From assembly GCA_039208735.1 (NCBI GenBank), contig JBCCQY010000121.1, forward strand, positions 1-27,732: a DNA stretch of 27,732 nucleotides, read 5' to 3'. A program made the translations under genes and the position numbers. Under the pieces are notes generated by a model. That model searched no databases and had not been told where the DNA came from. It saw only the letters and a program-made list of their open reading frames with translations. This document shows positions 1 to 7,923 of this stretch, piece by piece. How positions within the stretch are numbered: the stretch's first letter is position 1; the number at the start of each line of letters is the position of its first letter. The stretch is from Myxococcota bacterium (GTDB lineage Bacteria; Myxococcota_A; UBA796; GCA-2862545).

Positions 1-87
1 GCCCATGCCCATGTCGTGGTCAACGGAGTCTACCGCTTCGATGACGAAGAAGAAGGCACATCAACGGCTCGTACGGCGGCGGCTTAG
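1..87 (+). CDS. tnpA: 3' end of a Tn3-family transposase (partial)
   Basis: Frame 1 reads AHAHVVVNGVYRFDDEEEGTSTARTAAA*. This resembles the Tn3 TnpA C-terminal H-(I/V)-x-x-x-G-x-Y-x-F motif and is followed about 15 bp later by a Tn3-type IR. Confidence 0.75.
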   Translation, partial: AHAHVVVNGVYRFDDEEEGTSTARTAAA

Positions 88-101
88 ATTGCGCGCAACC
101 C

Positions 102-139
102 ACTAACCGTACAAATTTCACGAACTCTATCGGTACCCC
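102..139 (-). mobile_element. Tn3-family terminal inverted repeat (end downstream of tnpA)
   Basis: Reverse complement is GGGGTACCGATAGAGTTCGTGAAATTTGTACGGTTAGT. It has a GGGG terminus, about 38 bp length and an ACG..TAG inner end like Tn3-family IRs (Tn4430 IR begins GGGGTACCG). Candidate 5-bp TSD is AAGCC (140-144). Confidence 0.8.
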
Positions 140-221
140 AAGCCTGCGGCGACACTTGGGCGTAATTGGTGGCGTTGGCCTGTCCCATTCCGAGCGCGAA
201 CACGCTCCACATCAACGACAT
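140..221 (-). pseudogene. 5' fragment of a secreted-protein gene interrupted by the transposon
   Basis: AGGAGG RBS (231-236), 9 nt spacer, ATG at 221. Encodes MSLMWSVFALGMGQANA|TNYAQVSPQA, a signal peptide with an AxA site, and runs directly into the IR. Confidence 0.6.
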
Positions 222-309
222 CGCGGAAGTCCTCCTGCCGAAGAGGCCTATGCGGCCCGCCCGCGCTGTCGTCCGCAATGTAAGGGTTCGATAACGCCAG
301 CGCCGAGGG

Positions 310-1452
310 CTATCGCAGGGGACCCACTCGCTCCCAAAGGGGCCCGAAGGTCAAACCATGCAGCAGCACGACCTCGCCCATGGGGTTGCTCGCGATCTCT
401 TCGGCAAACCTGGGGTCGAGCGCAAGAACGACATCAGCCGCTCGCAGGGCCCTGGTGAGACCGCGATAGCGAGGACCGTCATCGAACGCGTGAGCAGCAA
501 GCAGCGCGAAGCCCGAGGACGAGGGGCTGGCTTCGAACAGCGGAACGATAGGCCCCGAGTCGATGTCGTGGGGGCCTTGCCGGTCGGGCCCCCACTCGGT
601 TGCCCACATCAGGCCCAGCAGACCGTGAAGCAAATCTCTGCGTGCCCCTGCGTACTGGGCCTCGGCGAGTTTGGCATCCAGAAGCTGGAGGTTGACCGCC
701 ACGAGCCACAAGCTCGAGCCCTCGGGACCGTCGAGCGGTTCGGCGGACCACGTGAACTCGCTCCCCAACAGGCCGCTGGACTCGTCCACGAGGTTCGTCG
801 AAGCGTTTTCCGTCCACGACTCGATCAGATCGCGATGATCGGTGCCATCGAGGACGTCGGCCATTCGAATGGCCACGAGCGCATTCGTGTTGCAGAACAG
901 CCACGCCTCGTCGGGGTAGCTCTCGGGGAGGCCCGCGGGACTCCTCGCGAATTGGGCCGTCATCTGATCGACGCGCTGACGATGCTCGGGCCCCCAGCGA
1001 TCATCGCGAACCAGGCGACGGGCGCCCATCATCAGTGCGATCTCCCCATCGACGAAGAGACTGCGTTTCGAAGGGTCCTGAAAGGGGCTGTATTGCACGT
1101 AGGGAAGCAGGAAATAGGCTTGGCCATGGTCTGCTTCGTCGGCGAGGGTCTGTTCGATCACGCTGTCGATGAGGGAGAGCCACCGCGCTTCGTTCGTCGA
1201 CCCCGCAAGGGCATGGTCGGAAACCGCCAAAACCAGGAAGAGACGCCACATCAGGTCCCACTCGGGATTGAATGAGCGCAACGCGTCGGTGCTTTCGGCC
1301 CGAGCGCTGCGGTCTTCCCACAGGGTCACCTGCCGGTCGAACATGCGCTCCGCCCGCGTCTCGGCGCTGGGCCCGACGGCAAAGAAGCCCACGATCAACA
1401 ACCCAAGAACGATGGGAGGGCCTACCACAGCAATCAACAACCAACGCATCAT
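310..1452 (-). CDS. Linalool dehydratase/isomerase (LinD/Ldi)-like protein, membrane-anchored
   Basis: AGLPESYPDEAWLFCNTNALVAIRMADVLDGTDH resembles LinD [33 protein letters not shown]. N-terminal TM helix. Start placed at MMRWLL. Confidence 0.65.
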   Translation of the reverse strand: MMRWLLIAVVGPPIVLGLLIVGFFAVGPSAETRAERMFDRQVTLWEDRSARAESTDALRSFNPEWDLMWRLFLVLAVSDHALAGSTNEARWLSLIDSVIEQTLADEADHGQAYFLLPYVQYSPFQDPSKRSLFVDGEIALMMGARRLVRDDRWGPEHRQRVDQMTAQFARSPAGLPESYPDEAWLFCNTNALVAIRMADVLDGTDHRDLIESWTENASTNLVDESSGLLGSEFTWSAEPLDGPEGSSLWLVAVNLQLLDAKLAEAQYAGARRDLLHGLLGLMWATEWGPDRQGPHDIDSGPIVPLFEASPSSSGFALLAAHAFDDGPRYRGLTRALRAADVVLALDPRFAEEIASNPMGEVVLLHGLTFGPLWERVGPLR

Positions 1453-1522
1453 CGTGGAACACGGTAGCGGTTCAATGATTGAAATACTCGTCAACGTTCA
1501 TCGGCCTTGGCGTGGAGGAACG

Positions 1523-1837
1523 ATGCAGCACGCCGATCGGAAATGGACCGAGATTGGCCCTGACGTCAGGGTTTGTGCCCATACGGACGGCTTTGACGTC
1601 CGCGTCCAGCTCCCGGGAACGCGCTGGTCGAATTCACTCGATTTGCGGCGTGCCTCCCTGCGGGTCAACCAACGCGAGGTGTCGCGTAGCGAGGTGCTCG
1701 GAATGGACCGGATCGCAAATGGGATCCGCGTGCAGACGGCGCAAGGCCCCTTGGTCTTGGAACTTGCGGATGCCGATGCGGGCACGGTCGAGCGGCTCGT
1801 GATCGCGCTGAGAGACCACGCGCCTGATTTGTGGTGA
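1523..1837 (+). CDS. Hypothetical protein, possible bacterial PH-like domain
   Basis: GGAGGA RBS at 1514-1519, ATG 1523, 104 aa. Beta-rich with a C-terminal helix. Confidence 0.65.
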   Translation: MQHADRKWTEIGPDVRVCAHTDGFDVRVQLPGTRWSNSLDLRRASLRVNQREVSRSEVLGMDRIANGIRVQTAQGPLVLELADADAGTVERLVIALRDHAPDLW

Positions 1838-1931
1838 GCCTTTGCGCGTCGACTGGTACGATGCGCAGCAGCTCGCAGAGGGGAGCGCTTCAACAGTGGG
1901 TTTCCGCCAATACTGCACCAAGATGCCCAAC

Positions 1932-2528
1932 ATGAAGGTTGAGGAACCCCGATCCCTGACGTCGGACCCTGACGGATACGGAATTCCATCGGCGCGTTCG
2001 GTCAACGAGCCCGCGTATCGCGCTCGTTCAGGGTCACTAAATGTGGCCTTCGGGCTTCTTCTTCTCTTTAGTTTCGCGGTTCCCTGGACGTCGTTGACGG
2101 CGGGTGCTGTCGTCGCTGGCGCGGTCCTCCTTTGCGGCCTGGCCACGCTCGTCGGGCTCATGCTGTCCAGTGCCGTGCTCTTCGCGTCCGGACTGCCGAC
2201 CGACGAGGTCCGCGGGCTTCGCATCGAACGGTTTGGGTTGGCACTTGGTGAACATCGAATTCCTGCCTCTGAACTTGACTCCTACGCCGTTCATACTGGA
2301 GGCGGTTGGGGGGCACCCTATCTGATTCTGACCACCAAAGAAGGGGTGTGGCGGCTTTGGTTATCCGCCAGCGCCCGCGAAGCCGAGGTGCGATGGGTAG
2401 ACAAGGAGATCGGGGCGATGCTGGACCGTTGGCAGGTGGCGAGCCATGGGGACACGGCGCCGATCAATGAACTCCTGGGACGGGCTTCAGGCCCAGGTCG
2501 CAAGGCCGTTTACGCGAAGGACCATTAG
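1932..2528 (+). CDS. Membrane protein (2 TM) with possible PH-like C-terminal domain
   Basis: Two hydrophobic segments followed by a beta-rich domain resembling the upstream protein. Start uncertain (1923 or 1932). 4-bp overlap with the convergent gene. Confidence 0.65.
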   Translation: MKVEEPRSLTSDPDGYGIPSARSVNEPAYRARSGSLNVAFGLLLLFSFAVPWTSLTAGAVVAGAVLLCGLATLVGLMLSSAVLFASGLPTDEVRGLRIERFGLALGEHRIPASELDSYAVHTGGGWGAPYLILTTKEGVWRLWLSASAREAEVRWVDKEIGAMLDRWQVASHGDTAPINELLGRASGPGRKAVYAKDH

Positions 2529-4375
2529 ATCGAAGACCCGCGATTTAGAAAAGCGCCGCCAAGTGCGCCCAAGGGAAGGGCGACCAGCGTCCCAAGCATC
2601 CCCGCCAGAGCGGCGGGCAATCCGATGTACGCGATGTACGCATCGCGGTTGAGCCACACCGTCGCGGTGTCGGTCCAGGTTCGGGCGCCCTGCAGCACCG
2701 TGGCTTCCCCGAGCGCCATCAGTGGGGCGGTCACACACACCGCAATGCCGAGTATGGTGGCGGCCGGGACTGCGGCGCGGAGGGCGAGACGGACCCCGAG
2801 GGCCCACCCGCGTCCTGCGGGAATGTCGGACCCGTCAAAGCGCAACAGGGAAACGAGTCCTGCAAGAGGGGGAACCAGCGCCGTGAACGTGAGTCCGAGT
2901 CCAACCCCCGTTTCCCACCGGGCGTAGTCGTAGAAGGGCCCAAACTGCCAGACGGCAGCCCATGCCAACGTCATCGCCAGGGTGCCGAGCGCACCCACCA
3001 AGGCCCCTACTCCTCGACCGTGCCGCGTTCTCGAGGCCACCGTTGCAGGGGGGGCGGACCGATTCGGGTCGAGGGTGCCCCGTTCCACCAGCATGCTCTC
3101 GATGCCCACGTTCAGTGCAATTTCGTAGTCAATCGCGGCCGGGGAGGGCCTAGATCGAACCACGATGATGCGACCCTTCGGGGCGAACCGAACCGCCAGC
3201 GTCTGGGTGATGTCGAGGGATTCCGAAGCTTGGCCCCACTCCGTCTCTCGAAGGACGTCCTTCACCAGCGTCCATCGGCGGTCCCGCTCAGAATCAACGT
3301 CAGGTGGAAACATCACAATGAGTTTCTCAAGCAGGCCTCGACTCGCCAGTTGGCGCAGCTCCCAGGTGACCCAGTGGGTTTCGCCCGCCAGCATGACCAC
3401 GAGTTGGGCGCGCTCCATCCAATCGAGGATGGCGTCCTGCCATGTTTCGTCGTCGAAGTAGGTTCGAGCCGCGCCGAGTCTGGGGAGGACCTCTCCAGGG
3501 CGTCCAATGGCCACGAAGGGCCCCATGCGTTCGATGATTTCGGCGAGGGCGGCTTCGAGGCGTTGGTCCCAAAACCAGGAGGCGAGACGGAGCCACAGGT
3601 GCCGCCGCGTGACAGAGTAGTGTTCATCGCCGAACGAGCGGAGCAACAGCGTGGGCGGGTGGGTCGACTCGCGAAGCAGTCGGTTGGCGTCGGGCCGGTC
3701 GAGTCGGTAGCCAAGGCCTAGCATCAGCGCAATGAAGGGCGGCGCGCAGAAGAGGTTGAACATCGTCACGCCTCCTCGGCCATGGGCCACGGGTTCGCCA
3801 TCCAGCAACAGCTCGACGACCAGCAGGAGGGTGAGGCCCAACCCCAGCCCGATGAGCCCCTTACCGACCAGGGGAATGGGCGGTCGCACGGCCCGTCGGC
3901 TGATCCAGGTCCCTTTCCGCACCGTTTCGCCGAGCTGGGGCAGCGTCGTGTTGTTGCGGACAATGGGGGTGCGCAACGTCCACCACGCGAAGAGCAGCCA
4001 TCGGCCGACGACCAGGGTCGGCAGCCCGATCACCACCGTGTTCATGGCGATGTGAACAAGGGTGCCTACGACGTCAGGGGGAGGTGGCGGGAAGCGGGTG
4101 GCGACCCAGGCGACCGCCGATACCACCACCGTGACGGCCGCAACGATGTGGCCGACGAAGAAGGCTCGACGGTAGCCTAGAGCGAGCCAGGCCCCGACAT
4201 AGGCGGCAGGGATGATGAGGAATTCTGCATTCTCGATGGGCCGTGGCTCGAACACGAGCGCGCGGATGACCGTCGCGAATACGAAGCACCCGTACAGTCC
4301 CGTCGCATAGCTCGCATTGAAGAGGATTTGGGTGCGACGGGCGAACTTGGCGATCGGCACCGCTTGGACCTGCAT
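2525..4375 (-). CDS. Multi-pass membrane protein with central Rossmannoid (TIR-like) domain
   Basis: 616 aa with GGAGG RBS. About 6 N-terminal and 4 C-terminal hydrophobic segments surround LLLRSFGDE...GPFVAIGRPGEVLPRLGAAR...WQ...AQLVVMLAGETHWVTWEL. Confidence 0.75.
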   Translation of the reverse strand: MQVQAVPIAKFARRTQILFNASYATGLYGCFVFATVIRALVFEPRPIENAEFLIIPAAYVGAWLALGYRRAFFVGHIVAAVTVVVSAVAWVATRFPPPPPDVVGTLVHIAMNTVVIGLPTLVVGRWLLFAWWTLRTPIVRNNTTLPQLGETVRKGTWISRRAVRPPIPLVGKGLIGLGLGLTLLLVVELLLDGEPVAHGRGGVTMFNLFCAPPFIALMLGLGYRLDRPDANRLLRESTHPPTLLLRSFGDEHYSVTRRHLWLRLASWFWDQRLEAALAEIIERMGPFVAIGRPGEVLPRLGAARTYFDDETWQDAILDWMERAQLVVMLAGETHWVTWELRQLASRGLLEKLIVMFPPDVDSERDRRWTLVKDVLRETEWGQASESLDITQTLAVRFAPKGRIIVVRSRPSPAAIDYEIALNVGIESMLVERGTLDPNRSAPPATVASRTRHGRGVGALVGALGTLAMTLAWAAVWQFGPFYDYARWETGVGLGLTFTALVPPLAGLVSLLRFDGSDIPAGRGWALGVRLALRAAVPAATILGIAVCVTAPLMALGEATVLQGARTWTDTATVWLNRDAYIAYIGLPAALAGMLGTLVALPLGALGGAFLNRGSSI

Positions 4376-4464
4376 CTCACCCTCCGCGTGAAGGCCGTTC
4401 TATCGGGCCCCAAGACGGGCGACGTCGATTGTTGAATAGTGGAACTGGGCAGGTTGAAGACACC

Positions 4465-5058
4465 ATGACCGAGCAACGAGACATCCGTGCCGATTACGAC
4501 CGCGACTCGATCGTAGTGTATCAGGCGTACAACGACGCCATTGCGGATGCGGCCCTCGCTGCAGGACGATTCGTGCCCCCGTTCTCGACCACTCGAATGA
4601 CGTGGATCAAGCCATCTTTCCTCTGGCTCATGGCGAGGTCGAATTGGGCCCAGAAGTCAGGGCAGCAGCGCGTCTTGGGCGTGCGCCTCACGCGCCGAGG
4701 GTTTGATGCGGCGTTGTCGTTGGGGGTCCTGACCTCGTTCGAACCTCGCGCTCACGGTGATCAAGCTGACTACGAAGCGGCGTTTGAGGCGGCAGAGGTT
4801 CACATCCAGTGGGATCCTGAACGATCGCTAAGGGGGGCAAAGCTGAACCATCGATCTATTCAAATTGGGGTTTCTCGGTATCGGATTCAGGAGTTTTTTG
4901 AGGATTGGTGTGTTGCACTGACCGACGAAACTCCTCGTGTGCGGAAGATCCACCGACTGTTGTCGAAAGGTCGGGCCAACGTTGCCAATCGTCATCTTCC
5001 CGCGGAACGAGCGTACCCGGTTGAGGCCGTGGTCCGTCGCCGGTTGGGGATGGATTAA
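4465..5058 (+). CDS. DUF4291 family protein
   Basis: IRADYD..SIVVYQAY..AIA, RMTWIKPSFLWLMARSNW, IQWDPER and RSIQIG are characteristic DUF4291 motifs. Confidence 0.9.
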   Translation: MTEQRDIRADYDRDSIVVYQAYNDAIADAALAAGRFVPPFSTTRMTWIKPSFLWLMARSNWAQKSGQQRVLGVRLTRRGFDAALSLGVLTSFEPRAHGDQADYEAAFEAAEVHIQWDPERSLRGAKLNHRSIQIGVSRYRIQEFFEDWCVALTDETPRVRKIHRLLSKGRANVANRHLPAERAYPVEAVVRRRLGMD

Positions 5059-5077
5059 GGGCCACTCGGGAGGTGGT

Positions 5078-5711
5078 TTGGGGCTCGATGACGAAGACCG
5101 CGCGGTGCTCTACGATGCGCTACGCGAGGGTCGCCGCGACCCCGAACTCCTGGCTGCCTTCGATCTGGCCTGGGCCGATGACCTCGGTCTCGATGAACAC
5201 GGCCTGTGGGCAAGCGTCGAGGGCGTGCATCTGCGTCGCATTCCAAAGCGCCCCCAAGGGTTCTGGCTTGGGACGACCCCGGTGACCCAACGCCAGTGGG
5301 CCCAGTTCACCAACGGAGCCGCTCCAAGCCACTTCGAGGGGCCGCAACGACCCGTCGAGCGGGTCAGCTTCGAAGAATGCGAGGCGTTCTTGAACCGACT
5401 GCCGCCCGGCCTGGCGTGGCGGCTGCCCACCGAGGCGGAGTGGGAGTACGCGTGTCGCGCTGGCACCCAAGGAATCCATTACGGACCGCTCGATGAGGTT
5501 GCGTGGCACGGGCACAACACCTCCGGAGGAACGCAACCCGTTGGGGGGAAGCGTCCGAACGCGTTGGGACTGTACGACATGTCGTTCGCGGGGCGCCTGG
5601 CCAACCATTCGCGAGCGGGTAAGCGCAACGTCGCGAAATGCCTACTCCCCGAGCGGCCGGGCTGCCTTCGTAGGTTTCCGACTGGCCGCAGGATTGCCGA
5701 CCCAAGCCTGA
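5078..5711 (+). pseudogene. FGE-sulfatase (SUMF1/EgtB/PvdO) domain gene with internal deletion and frameshift
   Basis: PVTQRQW, RPVERVS, RLPTEAEWEYACRAG and PNALGLYDMS are present but GNVWEW is missing. The C-terminal RGAW...R...GFRLA lies in another frame ending at 5711. Putative TTG start after GGAGG. Confidence 0.75.
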
Positions 5712-5727
5712 CAGGCGCAGGATTCCG

Positions 5728-5769
5728 CTCATTTTAGTGGTGAGTTATATTAGCAGAGCCTAAAATGAG
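5728..5769. promoter_or_regulatory. Putative ArsR operator upstream of SRPBCC-ArsR operon
   Basis: Perfect 10-bp IR CTCATTTTAG-N22-CTAAAATGAG, containing two overlapping imperfect palindromes ATTTTAG-N6-GTTATAT and ATATTAG-N6-CTAAAAT. Confidence 0.6.
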
Positions 5770-5775
5770 GGCCCC

Positions 5776-6420
5776 ATGGACCGTTCGTTTCCCCCTGGCG
5801 ATCCGTCGCTGATCTCGCGCACCCTCGAACTCGGAGAGCGCGATGGTGTGCCCGTCTACATCGCAACGACGAGCCGGCCTTACGCCACCACCGCGGCAGA
5901 CCTTTGGGACGCGCTCAGCAATCCCGAACGACTCAAACGGTGGTTTCTCCCCGTGACAGGCGACCTTGTGGAAGGGGGGCGGTACCAATTCGAAGGAAAT
6001 GCAGGAGGGACCATCACGGCCTGCATTCCAAACGAACGGGTCGAAGCAACCTGGGAGTTTGGCGGCGGGGTAAGCTGGATAACCGTCACCATCGCATCCG
6101 AAAGCGAGACGACCGCGGTCATGACGCTGGTGCACACCTCACCGATTCATCAACCCTTCTGGGATCAATACGGCCCCGGAGCGACGGGCATTGGCTGGGA
6201 TCTCGCGCTTGATGGAGCGGCGATGCACTTCGCGGAGCCAGGCCGCGTCATGGATGAAACCGAATTCATTTCATCCGAGGCGGGCTTGCGCTTCATCGCC
6301 ACCTCGTCGGCACATTGGCGCGATGCCTCGATCGCGGCCGGCACGGACGCCGAGCAGGCCAAGCAAGCCGCCGATCGCAGCACGGCCTTCTTCAGTGGCC
6401 TCCCCGAGCCCGACCAATGA
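5776..6420 (+). CDS. SRPBCC/AHSA1 (START-like) domain protein
   Basis: DLWDALSNPERLKRWFLPVTGDL..GGRYQ.EGNAGGTI..C and GPGATGIGWDL motifs. Confidence 0.9.
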   Translation: MDRSFPPGDPSLISRTLELGERDGVPVYIATTSRPYATTAADLWDALSNPERLKRWFLPVTGDLVEGGRYQFEGNAGGTITACIPNERVEATWEFGGGVSWITVTIASESETTAVMTLVHTSPIHQPFWDQYGPGATGIGWDLALDGAAMHFAEPGRVMDETEFISSEAGLRFIATSSAHWRDASIAAGTDAEQAKQAADRSTAFFSGLPEPDQ

Positions 6421-6746
6421 CCGAGGCACTCGATGTGCTCGGAGATCCAGTGCGGCGACGACTTCTTGAAGTTCTCGCCCTTGGTTCCCAATCGGCGGGA
6501 GCGTTGGGTGAGGTCATTCGCGAGGAGTTTGGGATCTCACAGTCCGCGGTGTCGCAGCACCTCAAAGTCCTTCGACAACGGGGCTTTGTCTCCGTCTCGG
6601 TCCAAGGCCGGTCTCGGATCTACCACCTCGAAGAAGCTCCGCTACGGGCGGCAGAAGCCTGGTTCGAGCAACTTCGCTCGATCTTTGGCGAGCCTCTCGA
6701 GGCCCTGGCTACGGAGGTCGAGCGCGGCAAACGGGAAACTACCTAG
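6417..6746 (+). CDS. ArsR/SmtB family transcriptional regulator
   Basis: ALDVLGDPVRRRLLEVL...ISQSAVSQHLKVLR..G.V....GRSRIY. ATGA overlap with the SRPBCC gene. Confidence 0.92.
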   Translation: MTEALDVLGDPVRRRLLEVLALGSQSAGALGEVIREEFGISQSAVSQHLKVLRQRGFVSVSVQGRSRIYHLEEAPLRAAEAWFEQLRSIFGEPLEALATEVERGKRETT

Positions 6747-7362
6747 GCAGAGGAACCGGCCCCGGCTTGACGACAAACGGAAAGGCGCGGGTGGCGCCAA
6801 GCTCACCCTCGAACACCACGAGATTTCCGTTTGGGCCCTGGACTTCGAGCGACACCGACACGTTGCCACGCGGCACCAGCGTGACCAGGTTGATCCCGGC
6901 TGACAGATGGCGGTCGATTACCGCGGTATCGGCATCTCGGACCGGATCAAACAGGAAGGTCGGCGTGCCGTTGACGCGTACCTCGACTTCCCCCGGCCCC
7001 TGAACCTTCAAGGACGCCGAGACGGGCCCGTGGATGTGGCTCCCAAATGCCTCATCCCACAGGCGCCAATCCCCGTCGACCTGGTGCAGCACGAACGAGG
7101 AGCGTTCGTCGGGGCGCACCCATTGCACCCGGCAGAGCTGGCCGCGGCATTCGACTTCGGGATTGCCTTCCATCTCCCGCCGCAGGAGTGTTCGCAGGCT
7201 GTCGACGGACAGCCCGTCGACCCGGGTGAAGAGTTCGGCAAACGCGCTTTTCAGCCAGGACTGCTGGCCGTGCTCCACCGCATAGTCGAGTTCGGTGATC
7301 CAGCGCTCTGCCTCGGCCGGCGTCGCCGCGTAGGCACTCGCGAAAACGAGAGTTGTCAGCAT
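6739..7362 (-). CDS. Secreted hypothetical protein
   Basis: Short signal peptide MLTTLVFASAYA. N-terminal part ends in an NTF2-like L.QVDGDWRL motif, followed by a beta-rich C-terminal domain. Confidence 0.7.
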   Translation of the reverse strand: MLTTLVFASAYAATPAEAERWITELDYAVEHGQQSWLKSAFAELFTRVDGLSVDSLRTLLRREMEGNPEVECRGQLCRVQWVRPDERSSFVLHQVDGDWRLWDEAFGSHIHGPVSASLKVQGPGEVEVRVNGTPTFLFDPVRDADTAVIDRHLSAGINLVTLVPRGNVSVSLEVQGPNGNLVVFEGELGATRAFPFVVKPGPVPLPR

Positions 7363-7404
7363 GATGCAATCATCCCATTGTAGACGGCGAACGTCCAGCG
7401 GAAG

Positions 7405-7833
7405 CTACGACTGCGCAGGTGGAATGGCGTAGGTCACCGTCGCCTGGGCCACGGGTCTCGGATCGGACGCCGACCGAATGAGCACATGCCCTACCGCAAG
7501 GCGCTTCCCGAGCTTGTGAAGGGTGGCTTCGGCGAGGACCTCCCCCGGCGGAGGCTTGCGCATGAAGTCGATCGACAGGTGAGTGGTGACCGCGAGAAGT
7601 TCAGGACCAATGTGCGCTACGACCAGGTAGAAGAATGCGGTGTCGACCAGCGTCATGAGCGCTGGTCCGGAAACCGTGCCCCCAGGGCGAAGGTGCCGCT
7701 CCTGGACCGGAAGTCGGGTCGTGATTCGACCGGACTGCAGGCTCTCGATGGTCATTCCAAACGCACGGGCCTGCGGAAACCCGCTGTTCATGAGCTCCGT
7801 GATTTGCTCGGCGGTCATCTTGAGGTCGTTCAT
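7405..7833 (-). CDS. PaaI family (hotdog) thioesterase
   Basis: HLRPGGTVSGPALMTLVD, AVTTHLSIDFMRKP and LGKRLAVG motifs. AGGAGG RBS. Confidence 0.92.
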   Translation of the reverse strand: MNDLKMTAEQITELMNSGFPQARAFGMTIESLQSGRITTRLPVQERHLRPGGTVSGPALMTLVDTAFFYLVVAHIGPELLAVTTHLSIDFMRKPPPGEVLAEATLHKLGKRLAVGHVLIRSASDPRPVAQATVTYAIPPAQS

Positions 7834-7860
7834 GCCTCCTGTCTAAGGCGCGAGGTGGCG

Positions 7861-7920
7861 AGAATGTAAAATCGGTTATTCCGAAAAAGTAGATTTTTGA
7901 ATTTCCAAAATATTGGAGAA
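7861..7920. promoter_or_regulatory. AT-rich divergent promoter region with palindrome
   Basis: Strongly AT-rich segment. TCCAA-AATA-TTGGA (7904-7917) overlaps the RBS, and AAAAA-GTAGA-TTTTT lies at 7884-7898. Confidence 0.5.
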
Positions 7921-7923
7921 ATC

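Noticed and set aside
84..278. 64-aa minus-strand ORF as an intact small gene
   Set aside because: Its 3' part is read-through into the transposon IR, and the RBS supports a start at 221. Treated as an interrupted gene.
358..1275. 305-aa plus-strand ORF, and similar long antisense ORFs such as 21025-22293, 10478-11503, 9762-10802 and 16796-17656
   Set aside because: Shadow ORFs opposite well-supported genes, expected in high-GC DNA, with no recognisable motifs.
4937..5737. 266-aa ORF as an intact FGE-sulfatase protein
   Set aside because: The N-terminus overlaps DUF4291 and the C-terminus after LYDMS is out of frame with the family's terminal GFR motif.
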